A DNA stretch of 64,000 nucleotides. Origin: Micavibrio aeruginosavorus (GTDB taxonomy: Bacteria > Pseudomonadota > Alphaproteobacteria > Micavibrionales > Micavibrionaceae). The number at the start of each line of letters is the position of its first letter. Within the stretch, counting starts at the first letter, position 1. The notes below the pieces were generated by a model, which was not told the origin of the DNA, did not search any database, and saw only the letters and a list, made by a program, of their open reading frames with translations. Shown in pieces: positions 36,200 to 45,576 of the stretch. A program made the translations under genes and the position numbers. The stretch covers positions 4,645-68,644 of the forward strand of contig QFOT01000001.1 in assembly GCA_003241285.1 (NCBI GenBank). Reading direction: 5' to 3'.

Positions 36200-36922
36200 T
36201 TGTCCCTGACCGCCACAAACATCCAAAAATCCTACGGCTCTCATAATGTTTTGAAAGGCATTGATTTTACGCTCGAGCCGGGAAAGATCACCTGCCTGAT
36301 CGGACCCTCCGGCAGTGGAAAAACGACGCTGCTTAAATGCCTGTCATTGGTAGAGCAACCAGATAGCGGAAGCATTAGGATCGACGATATAAATTATCCC
36401 TTTCCGCCTACTGCCGGCCGCCTGCCATCGCCCTACCCGTCAATGACGGTCGTGTTTCAGTCATTATTCCTGTGGCCGCATCTGACCTTGCGGGAGAATA
36501 TTTTACTGCCCGCGCGCAACGTCAATGCTAACGCTGAAAAAGATATCGAAGGTTTGGTAAAGCTTTTCGAGATGGAAAACTTTATCGACCGTTATCCGAA
36601 CGAAGCCTCCGGCGGTCAGCGCCAGCGCGTGGCCCTCGCCCGCGCCTTGATTTTGAATCCGCGTTATATCCTGCTTGATGAAATCACCTCAGCTCTCGAT
36701 GTCGAGCAAACGGCAAAAATTCTTACCAAGCTTACGCATTTGAAAGACCGCGATATCGGCACGCTGCTGATCACGCATCATTTGAATTTCGCGCGTCATG
36801 CGGCGGATAAAATCGTCTTTATGGCTGACGGGGAAATCATCGAAGAAGGCACTTCATCTATTCTGGAGAAACCGCAATCTGCGCGCCTTCAGCAATTCCT
36901 TAATCTGGCGGAATCCGTTTAA
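36200..36922 (+). CDS. amino-acid ABC transporter ATP-binding protein
   Basis: Walker A GPSGSGKTT, signature ASGGQRQRVALARAL, Walker B ILLDEITSALD. TTG start. Confidence 0.95.
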   Translation: MSLTATNIQKSYGSHNVLKGIDFTLEPGKITCLIGPSGSGKTTLLKCLSLVEQPDSGSIRIDDINYPFPPTAGRLPSPYPSMTVVFQSLFLWPHLTLRENILLPARNVNANAEKDIEGLVKLFEMENFIDRYPNEASGGQRQRVALARALILNPRYILLDEITSALDVEQTAKILTKLTHLKDRDIGTLLITHHLNFARHAADKIVFMADGEIIEEGTSSILEKPQSARLQQFLNLAESV

Positions 36923-37062
36923 CCTTTTGTTAAGCCTTATCTCACTGTAACAATTCGTCACTAAATTTATCGAAATCCGAAACGATTGCTGTTGAAAACA
37001 CCCCTTCTCCCGTGTTGCAATAAATAAAGGCGTTCAGTGAAACGCCATAAATAGAACAGGTT

Positions 37063-37386
37063 TTGGGTATCATCATGATTATTAAATCTTGGCTGGCGCT
37101 TGCCGGCATTCTCACTGTCTTGTCTTTTTCTTCTCAGGCGCACGCGGTTGATCAATTGCCGTTGCCGGAAGCCGGCGTGTCGCCGGTTCAGGCGGAAGTG
37201 ATTGAGTTCGCCAGCGTCGACGATCATAAATCTTCTGCCGATCCTTGCGCAAAAATTCTGAGCTTGCCCCGGTATAGCAATGAAAAAATCAGGGCGATCA
37301 AGGCTTACCGCCAATGCCGCGCCGAGCGCGCGCTTTCCCAACTGGCTGTCTGGCGTTGGCAGAATAACAACCAGAATTACCAATAG
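37063..37386 (+). CDS. small secreted hypothetical protein
   Basis: 107 aa with signal peptide ...SFSSQAHA/VD and two Cys. Confidence 0.5.
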   Translation: MGIIMIIKSWLALAGILTVLSFSSQAHAVDQLPLPEAGVSPVQAEVIEFASVDDHKSSADPCAKILSLPRYSNEKIRAIKAYRQCRAERALSQLAVWRWQNNNQNYQ

Positions 37387-37536
37387 CGGTTATCAAACTT
37401 TCCCTCGTACTAAAAGAAATACCATTGACCGTCCGGAAATCCCCCTCTTTCCGGGCGGTATTTTTGAGTTCCTCCAAAATTTGCATAATTTTAAAACCAT
37501 CAGTATGGTGCTCATAAATCAAGGGAAGGATTTTTT

Positions 37537-37974
37537 ATGAGTAAGTTTGGTAAATCGCTGGCGGCTTTATTTTTAATGGCAGATGCTTCATCCGCCTCGG
37601 CCCAGACCTATTGGACAAAATTGCGCAGCGAATGCGCCGCCGCTTCGGAAATGCCGGATGGGAAAAAGAGCCAGAGCCGATTTTCGATTACTTTTCTGGC
37701 TGACGAATACTGGAACGTGAAAAGCCTTGAATTGCGCGGAACCATATCTCCCGAACTTGAGCGCATAAACAGGTTTTGCTTTGATGGCAGCCTGAGATGC
37801 GCGGATCAATTCAGGAAAGGCGTTTATTATTACAGGACGCAAGTCGGCCGCGTGGAGATGGATACTACGAACGGCCTTTACAAGGGTTATATCAGGGATG
37901 ATGAAACCGGAATTGAAACGAAAGTGACAGACGGGTTCTGCCAGACTTATTTTGTAAAGAATGAGATTCACTAA
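37537..37974 (+). CDS. small secreted hypothetical protein
   Basis: 145 aa with signal peptide ...ASSASA/QT and several Cys. Confidence 0.55.
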   Translation: MSKFGKSLAALFLMADASSASAQTYWTKLRSECAAASEMPDGKKSQSRFSITFLADEYWNVKSLELRGTISPELERINRFCFDGSLRCADQFRKGVYYYRTQVGRVEMDTTNGLYKGYIRDDETGIETKVTDGFCQTYFVKNEIH

Positions 37975-39578
37975 TCCTGAATAAGGCCTAGAAAAAGTCC
38001 TGCCGTTATCAGCAGCGAGAGTGCAAACGCCGCCCATAATGTCCAGCCCATTTTAGGCAGAATTTTTTTCATCGTCGCGGGCGAAGCAAGCCCCGCCAAG
38101 GATTGGCGCAGCGCCTTTCCGGCAAAGATTTGTGACGACATCACGATCACAAACGTGCCGAGCAGGCATAGAACAACGTCACATAAAATACTCGACAGCG
38201 CCGGATCGATCGGTAACGCGGCAAGATGCTTGGCGATCTCTGCGCGCATCAGCATAAAATACAAAGAGGCTATTGCGGCAAAAGTGATCGTTCCTAAACC
38301 AAGCCCGATCAAACGTGGTTTGTGCGTGATAGCCTGCATCGCCTGACCGGCTTGCATGATAAAGCGCAGCAGCTTGTCTGACGAAATGCCGACTGGATAT
38401 TTTTGCAAAAGCTTTGACAGCGCTTTGCGTGTCGGCAACTGGCTTGCGGCAATGATCGTCGCTTCGCGCAGGATTCTGTATTTCGCGGCATCACGCAGGG
38501 ACGCGCCGACATTGCCCTGCCCGCTTGCGGCTTTTGCCAGCAAGCCTTGCCCTTTCTTCGTGATGTCGTCGAGAAATTCCGGGCCTTTGATGATCTCACC
38601 GTTCCATCCGAGAATGATACAGGTCGCTTTTCGTTTGCCGAGATTGAAGGTCACTTCACCATAAGGAACCCGCACATTATAAATGATCGGGATATTTTCC
38701 GGCGGCTCGTTCTCCTGCCATTCGGGTGTTTCGATGCCGAGATCGATATCGCCTTTCTCGATATAGCGGAGGGAGAAAGCGTCGAGCAATTTTGTCAGCT
38801 CTATGGGCAGGCCTTGGCGGTCGTAATTGAAATGCAAATGAGCGATCATTTCTACTTTCGCCATATGGGAGATAAAGCCGCTGCCTTTGCACGATGTGCA
38901 GGCCGCCTTCCCTGCCCCGTTGCAGCCTTTACATTTGATTTGGCCGTTGCCGTGACAGGAGGAGCATTGAACGCGCCTTCTCCCTCGGCATCTTGCGCAG
39001 GGCATGACCTTGCCGCTTTGATTGACCGTGCCGTTGCCGCGGCAATTCGGGCATAGAATATGCTGTCGCCCATGACATGTCTGGCACACCGTCATTTTCT
39101 GACCGCCGCATTTCGGGCATGTCATCTGGCCGGTTTGAGTACAGGTGGCACAGGCTTCGTGACTGACATATTCCTTGGCCAGCGCATCGAGCTTGAAAGA
39201 CTGGTCCTTGGCCCCGTATCCTTTATCAGGCCGCGCCATGATTGTTTTAACGATGGTATCGCGCTTGCCCGGGTCTCGCTGGGCCTGAACGGGAAACTGG
39301 CGCAAAGCCGCTTCGAAAGCCTCAGGCGATCCGATAGCTTCTCCTTTTTCGATCTTGCCCGGCAGGCTGCGGCTGGAATACTCTGTCGCGAGGCGGATAA
39401 AGCCTTCAGCCTTGAAGCTTAACAGTTGCGCCGCCACTTGATCGATGGAAACCTTTTCGGCTTTGAGGCCATTCCCCTTGACCAGCGCTTTCATTTTCTC
39501 AAGCGCCCGCGCCTGTACCGTCGCATCGATGGTCGGCAGTGGCGGCGGGGCTTCGTGAAAGGTGGGAGGTTTCAGCAT
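37971..39578 (-). CDS. membrane-anchored protein with eight CxxC zinc-knuckle motifs (DnaJ-CR-like)
   Basis: 535 aa. Cys-rich stretch CATC..CPKCGG..CQTCHG..CPNCRGNG..CARCRG..CSSCHGNG..CKGCNGAG..CTSCKGSG, and a C-terminal region with 3-4 predicted TM helices. Confidence 0.75.
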   Translation of the reverse strand: MLKPPTFHEAPPPLPTIDATVQARALEKMKALVKGNGLKAEKVSIDQVAAQLLSFKAEGFIRLATEYSSRSLPGKIEKGEAIGSPEAFEAALRQFPVQAQRDPGKRDTIVKTIMARPDKGYGAKDQSFKLDALAKEYVSHEACATCTQTGQMTCPKCGGQKMTVCQTCHGRQHILCPNCRGNGTVNQSGKVMPCARCRGRRRVQCSSCHGNGQIKCKGCNGAGKAACTSCKGSGFISHMAKVEMIAHLHFNYDRQGLPIELTKLLDAFSLRYIEKGDIDLGIETPEWQENEPPENIPIIYNVRVPYGEVTFNLGKRKATCIILGWNGEIIKGPEFLDDITKKGQGLLAKAASGQGNVGASLRDAAKYRILREATIIAASQLPTRKALSKLLQKYPVGISSDKLLRFIMQAGQAMQAITHKPRLIGLGLGTITFAAIASLYFMLMRAEIAKHLAALPIDPALSSILCDVVLCLLGTFVIVMSSQIFAGKALRQSLAGLASPATMKKILPKMGWTLWAAFALSLLITAGLFLGLIQD

Positions 39579-39658
39579 GCAGGGTTATTTATCATATAGT
39601 TGATGACGTATCAAAGCTTGTGGCGTTGTTCTAATCACTTTAAATAGATGGAACACCT

Positions 39659-39937
39659 ATGGAGGTAAATATCATGAGATTTCAGATCAATATCGACTGC
39701 ACGCCTGAAGAAGCCCGTAAATTTTTTGGCGTACCGGACATGCTGCCCATGCAGCAGGCTATGATGGACCAGTTGAATTCCCATCTTATGGATAAAATGA
39801 AAATGGATCCTGAAGGCTTTACCGAAACATGGATGCCGACATTGTGGAAATGGACTGAAATGCAGCAGAATTTCTGGAAACAAATGGGCACGATGTCCAA
39901 TGTGAATATCAATCCGGACGGCTCCAAGAAAAAATAA
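39659..39937 (+). CDS. small conserved hypothetical protein upstream of mnmE
   Basis: 92-aa ORF. A likely start is MRFQINIDCTPEEARKFFGVPDM at 39674. No motif recognised. Confidence 0.55.
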   Translation: MEVNIMRFQINIDCTPEEARKFFGVPDMLPMQQAMMDQLNSHLMDKMKMDPEGFTETWMPTLWKWTEMQQNFWKQMGTMSNVNINPDGSKKK

Positions 39938-39945
39938 CCCGGCAA

Positions 39946-41274
39946 ATGAGCGTTATAGATACAATCTACGCCCTTTCCACCCCGCCCGGCAAAAGCGCCG
40001 TGGCCGTTATCCGCGTATCCGGCCCTTTTGCGCATTTAAGCCTGATGAAGCTCGCGCCCCAGCAGCGCCTGCCAAAGCCGCGCCAGTCTTGTGTGCGCAG
40101 CATTTTTGATCAGCAAGGCAATAAGATCGATGAAGCTCTGGTGCTTCTTTTTGCTGCACCAAATAGCTTTACCGGAGAGAATATCGTTGAATATCAAGTG
40201 CATGGCGGATGGTCGGTGGTGCAATCTTTGCTGCAGCAATTATCGCAGCAAGAAAATCATCGCATGGCCCTGCCCGGCGAATTTACCCGCCGCGCTTTTG
40301 AAAATGGGAAGCTCGATCTGACCGAGGCGGAGGCGATTGCCGATCTCATTGATGCGGAAACCCAGTTGCAGAGATTACAAGCTCTTGGCCAGTTATCCGG
40401 CTCGCTTGAGCGTATCTATGAACGCTGGAAGATCCGCCTGTCCCATGTCTTGGCCCTTATGGAAGCCGATCTGGATTTTTCCGATCAGGATTTGCCTGAG
40501 GATATTTTATTGCAGGTACAGCCTGATATTTCGGATTTGGCCGAAGAAATTGCCTCTCATCTGGATGATAACCGCAGAGGCGAGCGCTTGCGCAATGGTT
40601 TCCAGCTTGTCATTTTAGGAGCGCCCAATGCGGGCAAGTCCTCTCTTTTAAACGCGCTGTCACAGCGTGATGTCGCGATTGTGTCCTCAATGGCGGGAAC
40701 GACGCGGGACATTCTTGAAACCCATCTCGATATTGGCGGCTATCCTGTTATTTTGGCTGACACGGCGGGGCTTCGCTCTGATTCAGTGCCTCAGGATGAG
40801 CAGGGCCAGATCGAACAGCAAGGAATAGAGCGGGCAAGGTCGAGAGCCAGAGAAGCCGATATAAAAATTCTTTTATTTGACGCCGCCAGTGGCCGTGACC
40901 ATGAAACCTATAATCTGAAAGACGATAATTCTATCGTCGTTTATAACAAAACCGATCTGGCGCAAGCTCCTGATGACGGTATCGCCATTTCAGCTTTGAG
41001 CGGGCAGGGCATCGATAAATTGCTGCAGGCCGTTGTGCACAAGATCGAAGCGGTTATGGGTGGACGCTCGGCACCGGCTCTGACGAGAGCGCGCCACCGT
41101 GAATCCCTGACAAAGGCTAACGAAGCTTTGCTTCGCTGCGCTATGGCGGGATTGCCTGAACTTGCGGCTGAGGATTTGCGGCTGGCTATTCGTCACTTGG
41201 GCACGATTACGGGCCGCGTCGATGTTGAGGATTTACTGGATATGATTTTCCGGGATTTCTGCATCGGGAAATAG
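39946..41274 (+). CDS. mnmE: tRNA modification GTPase MnmE
   Basis: 442 aa with G1 GAPNAGKSSLLNAL, DTAG and the C-terminal FCIGK motif. Confidence 0.97.
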   Translation: MSVIDTIYALSTPPGKSAVAVIRVSGPFAHLSLMKLAPQQRLPKPRQSCVRSIFDQQGNKIDEALVLLFAAPNSFTGENIVEYQVHGGWSVVQSLLQQLSQQENHRMALPGEFTRRAFENGKLDLTEAEAIADLIDAETQLQRLQALGQLSGSLERIYERWKIRLSHVLALMEADLDFSDQDLPEDILLQVQPDISDLAEEIASHLDDNRRGERLRNGFQLVILGAPNAGKSSLLNALSQRDVAIVSSMAGTTRDILETHLDIGGYPVILADTAGLRSDSVPQDEQGQIEQQGIERARSRAREADIKILLFDAASGRDHETYNLKDDNSIVVYNKTDLAQAPDDGIAISALSGQGIDKLLQAVVHKIEAVMGGRSAPALTRARHRESLTKANEALLRCAMAGLPELAAEDLRLAIRHLGTITGRVDVEDLLDMIFRDFCIGK

Positions 41275-41315
41275 ATAATAGATTAAATATTTGGTTTTCC
41301 TGCAAATGCGGAAAT

Positions 41316-41480
41316 CTATTTTTTCGCAACCGCCATATTATCGACTAGATTGGGGTAGGGGCGCCCGGCCTTTTTTGCCCGGGCCTTAGCTTCGGTTTTC
41401 TGTGCCGGAGTTAGCTTTTTGGACGTACCGGATTTCTTTTTGGGATTGGATTTTTTCCAGGGCGGCGCTTTATCAGTCAT
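41316..41480 (-). CDS. small basic hypothetical protein (54 aa)
   Basis: Below the ORF-track cutoff. My translation is MTDKAPPWKKSNPKKKSGTSKKLTPAQKTEAKARAKKAGRPYPNLVDNMAVAKK. A weak SD (aggt) lies upstream. Confidence 0.45.
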   Translation of the reverse strand: MTDKAPPWKKSNPKKKSGTSKKLTPAQKTEAKARAKKAGRPYPNLVDNMAVAKK

Positions 41481-41525
41481 GTCATTACCTACAAAAACTC
41501 AAGCTTAAAGTTCCCGCCGGGTTAG

Positions 41526-41612
41526 TCAGCCGATCGCGATAATCCCGTTGACGAAAATCATTGTTATGCTCACCAAAGCCATTATCGTCGCGCCATAAGC
41601 AAAATCTGTCAT
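41526..41612 (-). CDS. putative 28-aa hydrophobic peptide
   Basis: MTDFAYGATIMALVSITMIFVNGIIAIG, with SD aaggaa 6 nt upstream. Shares an M.D.AY..T.M start with the ORF at 41699. Confidence 0.3.
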   Translation of the reverse strand: MTDFAYGATIMALVSITMIFVNGIIAIG

Positions 41613-41698
41613 TAAAATTCCTTGGAGTTGGTTGTTTGATCTCATGGAGAAAGTCATGCAATCTCCATGCCGTTTTCATAAGGTTTATGGGCGATTGT

Positions 41699-41782
41699 CT
41701 ACGAGACCATCGGGCCGATCAAAAGCAGGATAAAGATACTTCCGCGGATCATCAGTGTCGTTTTATATGCAGCGTCGAGCAT
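41699..41782 (-). CDS. putative 27-aa hydrophobic peptide
   Basis: MLDAAYKTTLMIRGSIFILLLIGPMVS, with SD-like aaagaaagg upstream. Confidence 0.3.
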   Translation of the reverse strand: MLDAAYKTTLMIRGSIFILLLIGPMVS

Positions 41783-41977
41783 TTGAATAACCTTTCTTTG
41801 TTGATTGGAAAAGGTAATGCAGGGATTGTGCCAATATTTACATATCGATGATAAATCCGATCAGGGCATTTTCTGCCTTTATTAATCAGGCAGCGCATAC
41901 ATTTTGCCGTTCTAAGGAAAGCGCCTGTATAATTCGAATTCTTTTTTTCCGGCATGAGAGAAAATGGCAAGATCAAT

Positions 41978-42072
41978 GTCATTGCGAGCGTGAGCGAAGC
42001 AATCCAGACGATGGTAAAAAAACCTAAAATATTTCTGGATCGCCGCGTTCGCTGACGCTTCCTTGCAAAGAC
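41978..42072. repeat. type-B inverted-repeat element, second copy
   Basis: Forward arm at 41978..42007 (gtcattgcgagcgtgagcgaagcaatccag). Reverse arm at 42035..42072 (ctggatcgccgcgttcgctgacgcttccttgcaaagac). Confidence 0.8.
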
Positions 42073-42167
42073 ATTGTGCCGTTATAACGCTGTGGTAAAA
42101 ACTTCATTGAATTCCCGCTTATTAATTAAAGCGGCAAATCTTTAGACTGGAGAAAATTGCCGGTACT

Positions 42168-43025
42168 TTATGCAGGAAGGGCTTGCAACCCAAAGTCATC
42201 GAATAATTTATCGGCCTCGTGATAGCCTCGATTATAGGGGAGAGGCAGCGGGGTATTTTTTTCAGTTTGTCCGATAACAACACGACCTGTCTGGCAATCC
42301 ACAATGACGTCATGGGGAGCGTTATAAAAACGGTGATCCTGACTTTCTTCTATGCGAGCAAAATCTAGGGCCGATTTGTAGAAGGCATCGCCAAGCCACC
42401 GCGACACTTGCGATGCCATGTACAAACCGGTTTTATTATATGGTTCTTGATTTAATTCTCTATAAGGTGCATCGAGCATGTCACTGAGCTTTTTCTGCAT
42501 GCTGTAAAGTTGTAATGAATCTTCCAAATTTAATTCGCTGATTTTATCGCGCTTGTTTAAATCCAGAATACTGGCCTGGAGCTGTTGGGTTTCGCGGCTG
42601 TTTTCAATCGCTGTATACTCTTTTTCAGCAATTTCAGCTTTCATCATATATGCATCGATCGCTTTCCATCCGGGGAATTTTGAACTTACACTTGAAAAAC
42701 TGTCACGCCCGCCGAAGGCGGTTGCCTTAAAAGTAATACAGTCCGGCAGGATGTTCTCGAATTTATGCCATGCAAATCTGGCATGTTCTTCAACCTGCTG
42801 ACGCCCTTGTACATAAAATTTCATATCCGAATAAATATGTGTAAGTGCACAAGCCTCATCGGAAACCAGAGCTAAGCCAGAACAAACATTCGTATGCGAG
42901 GTGACAAGATATCGCGAAGGAGAATTTGTAGTTAGCACCGCGCCGCAATTGACGGACACCAATACGACTTCTTCAGGCGGCGGAGAAAATTCATACGTTG
43001 CAGCTGTTTCGAAAATGCTTTTCAT
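42168..43025 (-). CDS. hypothetical protein (285 aa), AT-rich orphan between mnmE and parB
   Basis: ORF only. The N-terminal segment TNVCSGLALVSDEACALTHIYSD has a Cys...His spacing reminiscent of CheD-type deamidases (weak). The C-terminal half is predicted helical. Confidence 0.5.
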   Translation of the reverse strand: MKSIFETAATYEFSPPPEEVVLVSVNCGAVLTTNSPSRYLVTSHTNVCSGLALVSDEACALTHIYSDMKFYVQGRQQVEEHARFAWHKFENILPDCITFKATAFGGRDSFSSVSSKFPGWKAIDAYMMKAEIAEKEYTAIENSRETQQLQASILDLNKRDKISELNLEDSLQLYSMQKKLSDMLDAPYRELNQEPYNKTGLYMASQVSRWLGDAFYKSALDFARIEESQDHRFYNAPHDVIVDCQTGRVVIGQTEKNTPLPLPYNRGYHEADKLFDDFGLQALPA

Positions 43026-43066
43026 ACAAAATCAAAATAGCCAATCAGGTATATTATGTCAAACAA

Positions 43067-44047
43067 TTATCCTTTGATGGCCAATCGGCCTGGATTGTGG
43101 GAGAGGCGGTGGAGAACCTCATCCAGTTGATCGAGATTTCTAAACGAGATCGACAGCGATCCGGCTTGCTGATCAAGCATATCGATGCTGACATTCATGC
43201 CGACGACATTTGAAATCTCGCGCTCAAGTGAAAGGGTATTGATATCCTTTTCGCCTGCTGCGCCTTTCTCGATTTTCTTACCGAGATTATCCATCTTCTT
43301 TTTGCCGACAGAAGAGGGGCTTTTATGTTCGGCGGCAAGTTTTTCCGCCTGGCGGACATTCATATGTCCTTTGGCGATGCGCTTGGCAAGTTCGAGTTGG
43401 GTGCGATCATCTAGTCCCAGCAAGGCTCTTGCATGGCCTGCCGTGATTTCACCATCCTCTACCATGCCGACAACTTCCGCAGAAAGTTCGGAGAGGCGAA
43501 GCATGTTGGCGACATAGGGACGCGATTTGCCGACTTTTTCAGCGACCTGGTCCTGGCTGTAATTAAACGTATCGATCAATTGCTTGAGCGCGCGGCTCTC
43601 ATCGATCGGGTTTAAATCTTCACGCTGGAGATTTTCAACAAGGCCGATTTCAAGTGCGGTCTTATCATCCATTTCACGGATGATGGCAGGGATCTGGTGG
43701 ATCTGGGCTTTCTGCGCGGCGCGCCATCTGCGTTCACCGGAGATCAGCTCATATGTGCCGTCATTCAAAGAGCGCACGACAATGGGCTGAATCAATCCAT
43801 GTTCGGCAATCGAGGCTGCCAGTTCTTTAATCGTAGCATCGTCGAACGTATGGCGAGGCTGGTATTTTCCCGGCACGATTTGCGCGACGTTTAAAACACG
43901 TCTGCCATCCGAAGTTTTTAAAGTTCCTTCTTCCGCTTTCGCTTCGGCTTTTATACCCGGCGCGGCTCCCGGCGTATCGCCTTCATCATCACCGAAAAGG
44001 GCGTTTAATCCGCGTCCAAGGCCGCGTGGTTTTTCTGCTGCTGACAT
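43067..44047 (-). CDS. parB: chromosome partitioning protein ParB
   Basis: 326 aa with GLGRGLNALF, HGLIQPIVVR and GERRWRAA motifs and an HTH region. Confidence 0.97.
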   Translation of the reverse strand: MSAAEKPRGLGRGLNALFGDDEGDTPGAAPGIKAEAKAEEGTLKTSDGRRVLNVAQIVPGKYQPRHTFDDATIKELAASIAEHGLIQPIVVRSLNDGTYELISGERRWRAAQKAQIHQIPAIIREMDDKTALEIGLVENLQREDLNPIDESRALKQLIDTFNYSQDQVAEKVGKSRPYVANMLRLSELSAEVVGMVEDGEITAGHARALLGLDDRTQLELAKRIAKGHMNVRQAEKLAAEHKSPSSVGKKKMDNLGKKIEKGAAGEKDINTLSLEREISNVVGMNVSIDMLDQQAGSLSISFRNLDQLDEVLHRLSHNPGRLAIKG

Positions 44048-44943
44048 TACGCGACCTGCTCTGCTGGAATAGAATTGGAAGGGGTTACCAGATTGCGTTC
44101 GCGGCGAATGATTTCACTGGCGAACTGGATATAGGCCTGGGAACCGACGCATTTCATATCGTAGACAATTGCCGGAAGGCCGTAAGAGGGAGCTTCTGAT
44201 AACCTGACATTACGCGGAATAACAGTCTTATATACTTTGTCACCGAAGAATTCGCGGACATCATCGGCAACGGCGCTGGACAGGCGGTTTCTAGGATCGA
44301 ACATCGTAAGTAAGACGCCGTGAATATCAAGTGAAGGATTGAATGCTGATTTGACGCGATCAATTGTTTTTACCAGATGGGACAGGCCCTCGAGCGCATA
44401 GAATTCACATTGTAGCGGGACTATAATCGCATCTGCAGCCACCAGCGCATTCAACGTCAAAAGCGACAGCGATGGCGGGCAATCGATTAAAACATAATCA
44501 TAAGGCATTGGCCGGCGCAGGGCTTCACGAAGGCGGTATTCCCGGCGCTTTGTCGTCACTAATTCTATTTCCGCACCGGACAAGTGAATAGAAGAAGGTA
44601 GCACGAAAAGGTTCGGAACCTTGGTCGTAACAGCCAGCTCAGCCGGGTTCAAATCTTCTTCGAAAATAAGATCATACGCGCTTTTGCGGATATTGGAGCG
44701 TTTAACGCCAAGACCTGTACTGGCATTTCCCTGTGGATCGAGATCTATCAGTAAAACCCGCTTACCGACAGCCGCCAAAGCTGTTGCCACGTTTACGGTG
44801 GTTGTTGTTTTACCAACGCCGCCTTTTTGGTTGCAAACGGCTAGAAGACGCGGAATCTGGCCTTTTATGCTCTTGGGAACATCTTTTTTTAAAGAAACAG
44901 GCTGGCGAGGAGCTGCATTGGCAGCGTCAAGAGCTGAAATCAT
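44047..44943 (-). CDS. parA: chromosome partitioning ATPase ParA
   Basis: 298 aa with the deviant Walker A NQKGGVGKTTT. Its stop overlaps the parB start by 1 nt. Confidence 0.97.
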   Translation of the reverse strand: MISALDAANAAPRQPVSLKKDVPKSIKGQIPRLLAVCNQKGGVGKTTTTVNVATALAAVGKRVLLIDLDPQGNASTGLGVKRSNIRKSAYDLIFEEDLNPAELAVTTKVPNLFVLPSSIHLSGAEIELVTTKRREYRLREALRRPMPYDYVLIDCPPSLSLLTLNALVAADAIIVPLQCEFYALEGLSHLVKTIDRVKSAFNPSLDIHGVLLTMFDPRNRLSSAVADDVREFFGDKVYKTVIPRNVRLSEAPSYGLPAIVYDMKCVGSQAYIQFASEIIRRERNLVTPSNSIPAEQVA

Positions 44944-44973
44944 AGAACACCTTTTGTTTGGGAGAATTTGACC

Positions 44974-45576
44974 TTACGGGATTCGGGCAATATCGGTCAA
45001 TATAATTATGCGGCCATTTTCATCGGTTTTACTCTGATAAAGACTATAATCGAAACTATACTCCTTTTGAGCCTCTAAAATCTCGTTTTCGATTTGAAAA
45101 CCCTTGAGAAAAATTAAATTTATTTTTTTATTTTCCGTCCACCATTTCTCTGTCCATTCGAGTAATTTTTCTAATGATGCTAAAGCTCTCGCCGTTAATA
45201 TATCTGGTGCAGGGATATTCACAGCCTCTACACGAGCATTGTGGATAGTAACGGGGATATTTGTTTCACGTGAAACAGTTTTTAGAAATTGGCACTTCCT
45301 TTGATCCGACTCGATCAAATGGACTTGAATGCCAGTAATGGCCAATACTAGCCCTGGGAAGCCTGCACCTGAGCCGATATCATATATAAGGCTATCCTTT
45401 GGTATCAATTCCGTGATTTGCAAAGAATCATCAAAATGTCTTATCTGGGCCTGAGGCAAGGTGGAGGGGGCCACCAGATTAATGGTTTTCTGCCATTTTT
45501 CTAATAAGGATTTGTATATATCGATTTTCTCATATGTTTCACGTGAAACATTGATTTCAGGCAATTCAAGCAGCAT
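44974..45576 (-). CDS. rsmG: 16S rRNA (guanine527-N7)-methyltransferase RsmG (GidB)
   Basis: 200 aa with SAM motif [15 protein letters not shown]. Lies between mnmG and parA. Confidence 0.93.
   Translation of the reverse strand: MLLELPEINVSRETYEKIDIYKSLLEKWQKTINLVAPSTLPQAQIRHFDDSLQITELIPKDSLIYDIGSGAGFPGLVLAITGIQVHLIESDQRKCQFLKTVSRETNIPVTIHNARVEAVNIPAPDILTARALASLEKLLEWTEKWWTENKKINLIFLKGFQIENEILEAQKEYSFDYSLYQSKTDENGRIIILTDIARIP
45262..45277. promoter_or_regulatory. parS centromere site (perfect TGTTTCACGTGAAACA)
   Basis: Exact 16-bp palindromic consensus inside rsmG. It encodes VSRET at residues 101-105. Confidence 0.85.
45535..45550. promoter_or_regulatory. parS centromere site (perfect TGTTTCACGTGAAACA)
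   Basis: Exact 16-bp consensus inside the rsmG 5' end. It encodes VSRET at residues 10-14. Confidence 0.85.
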
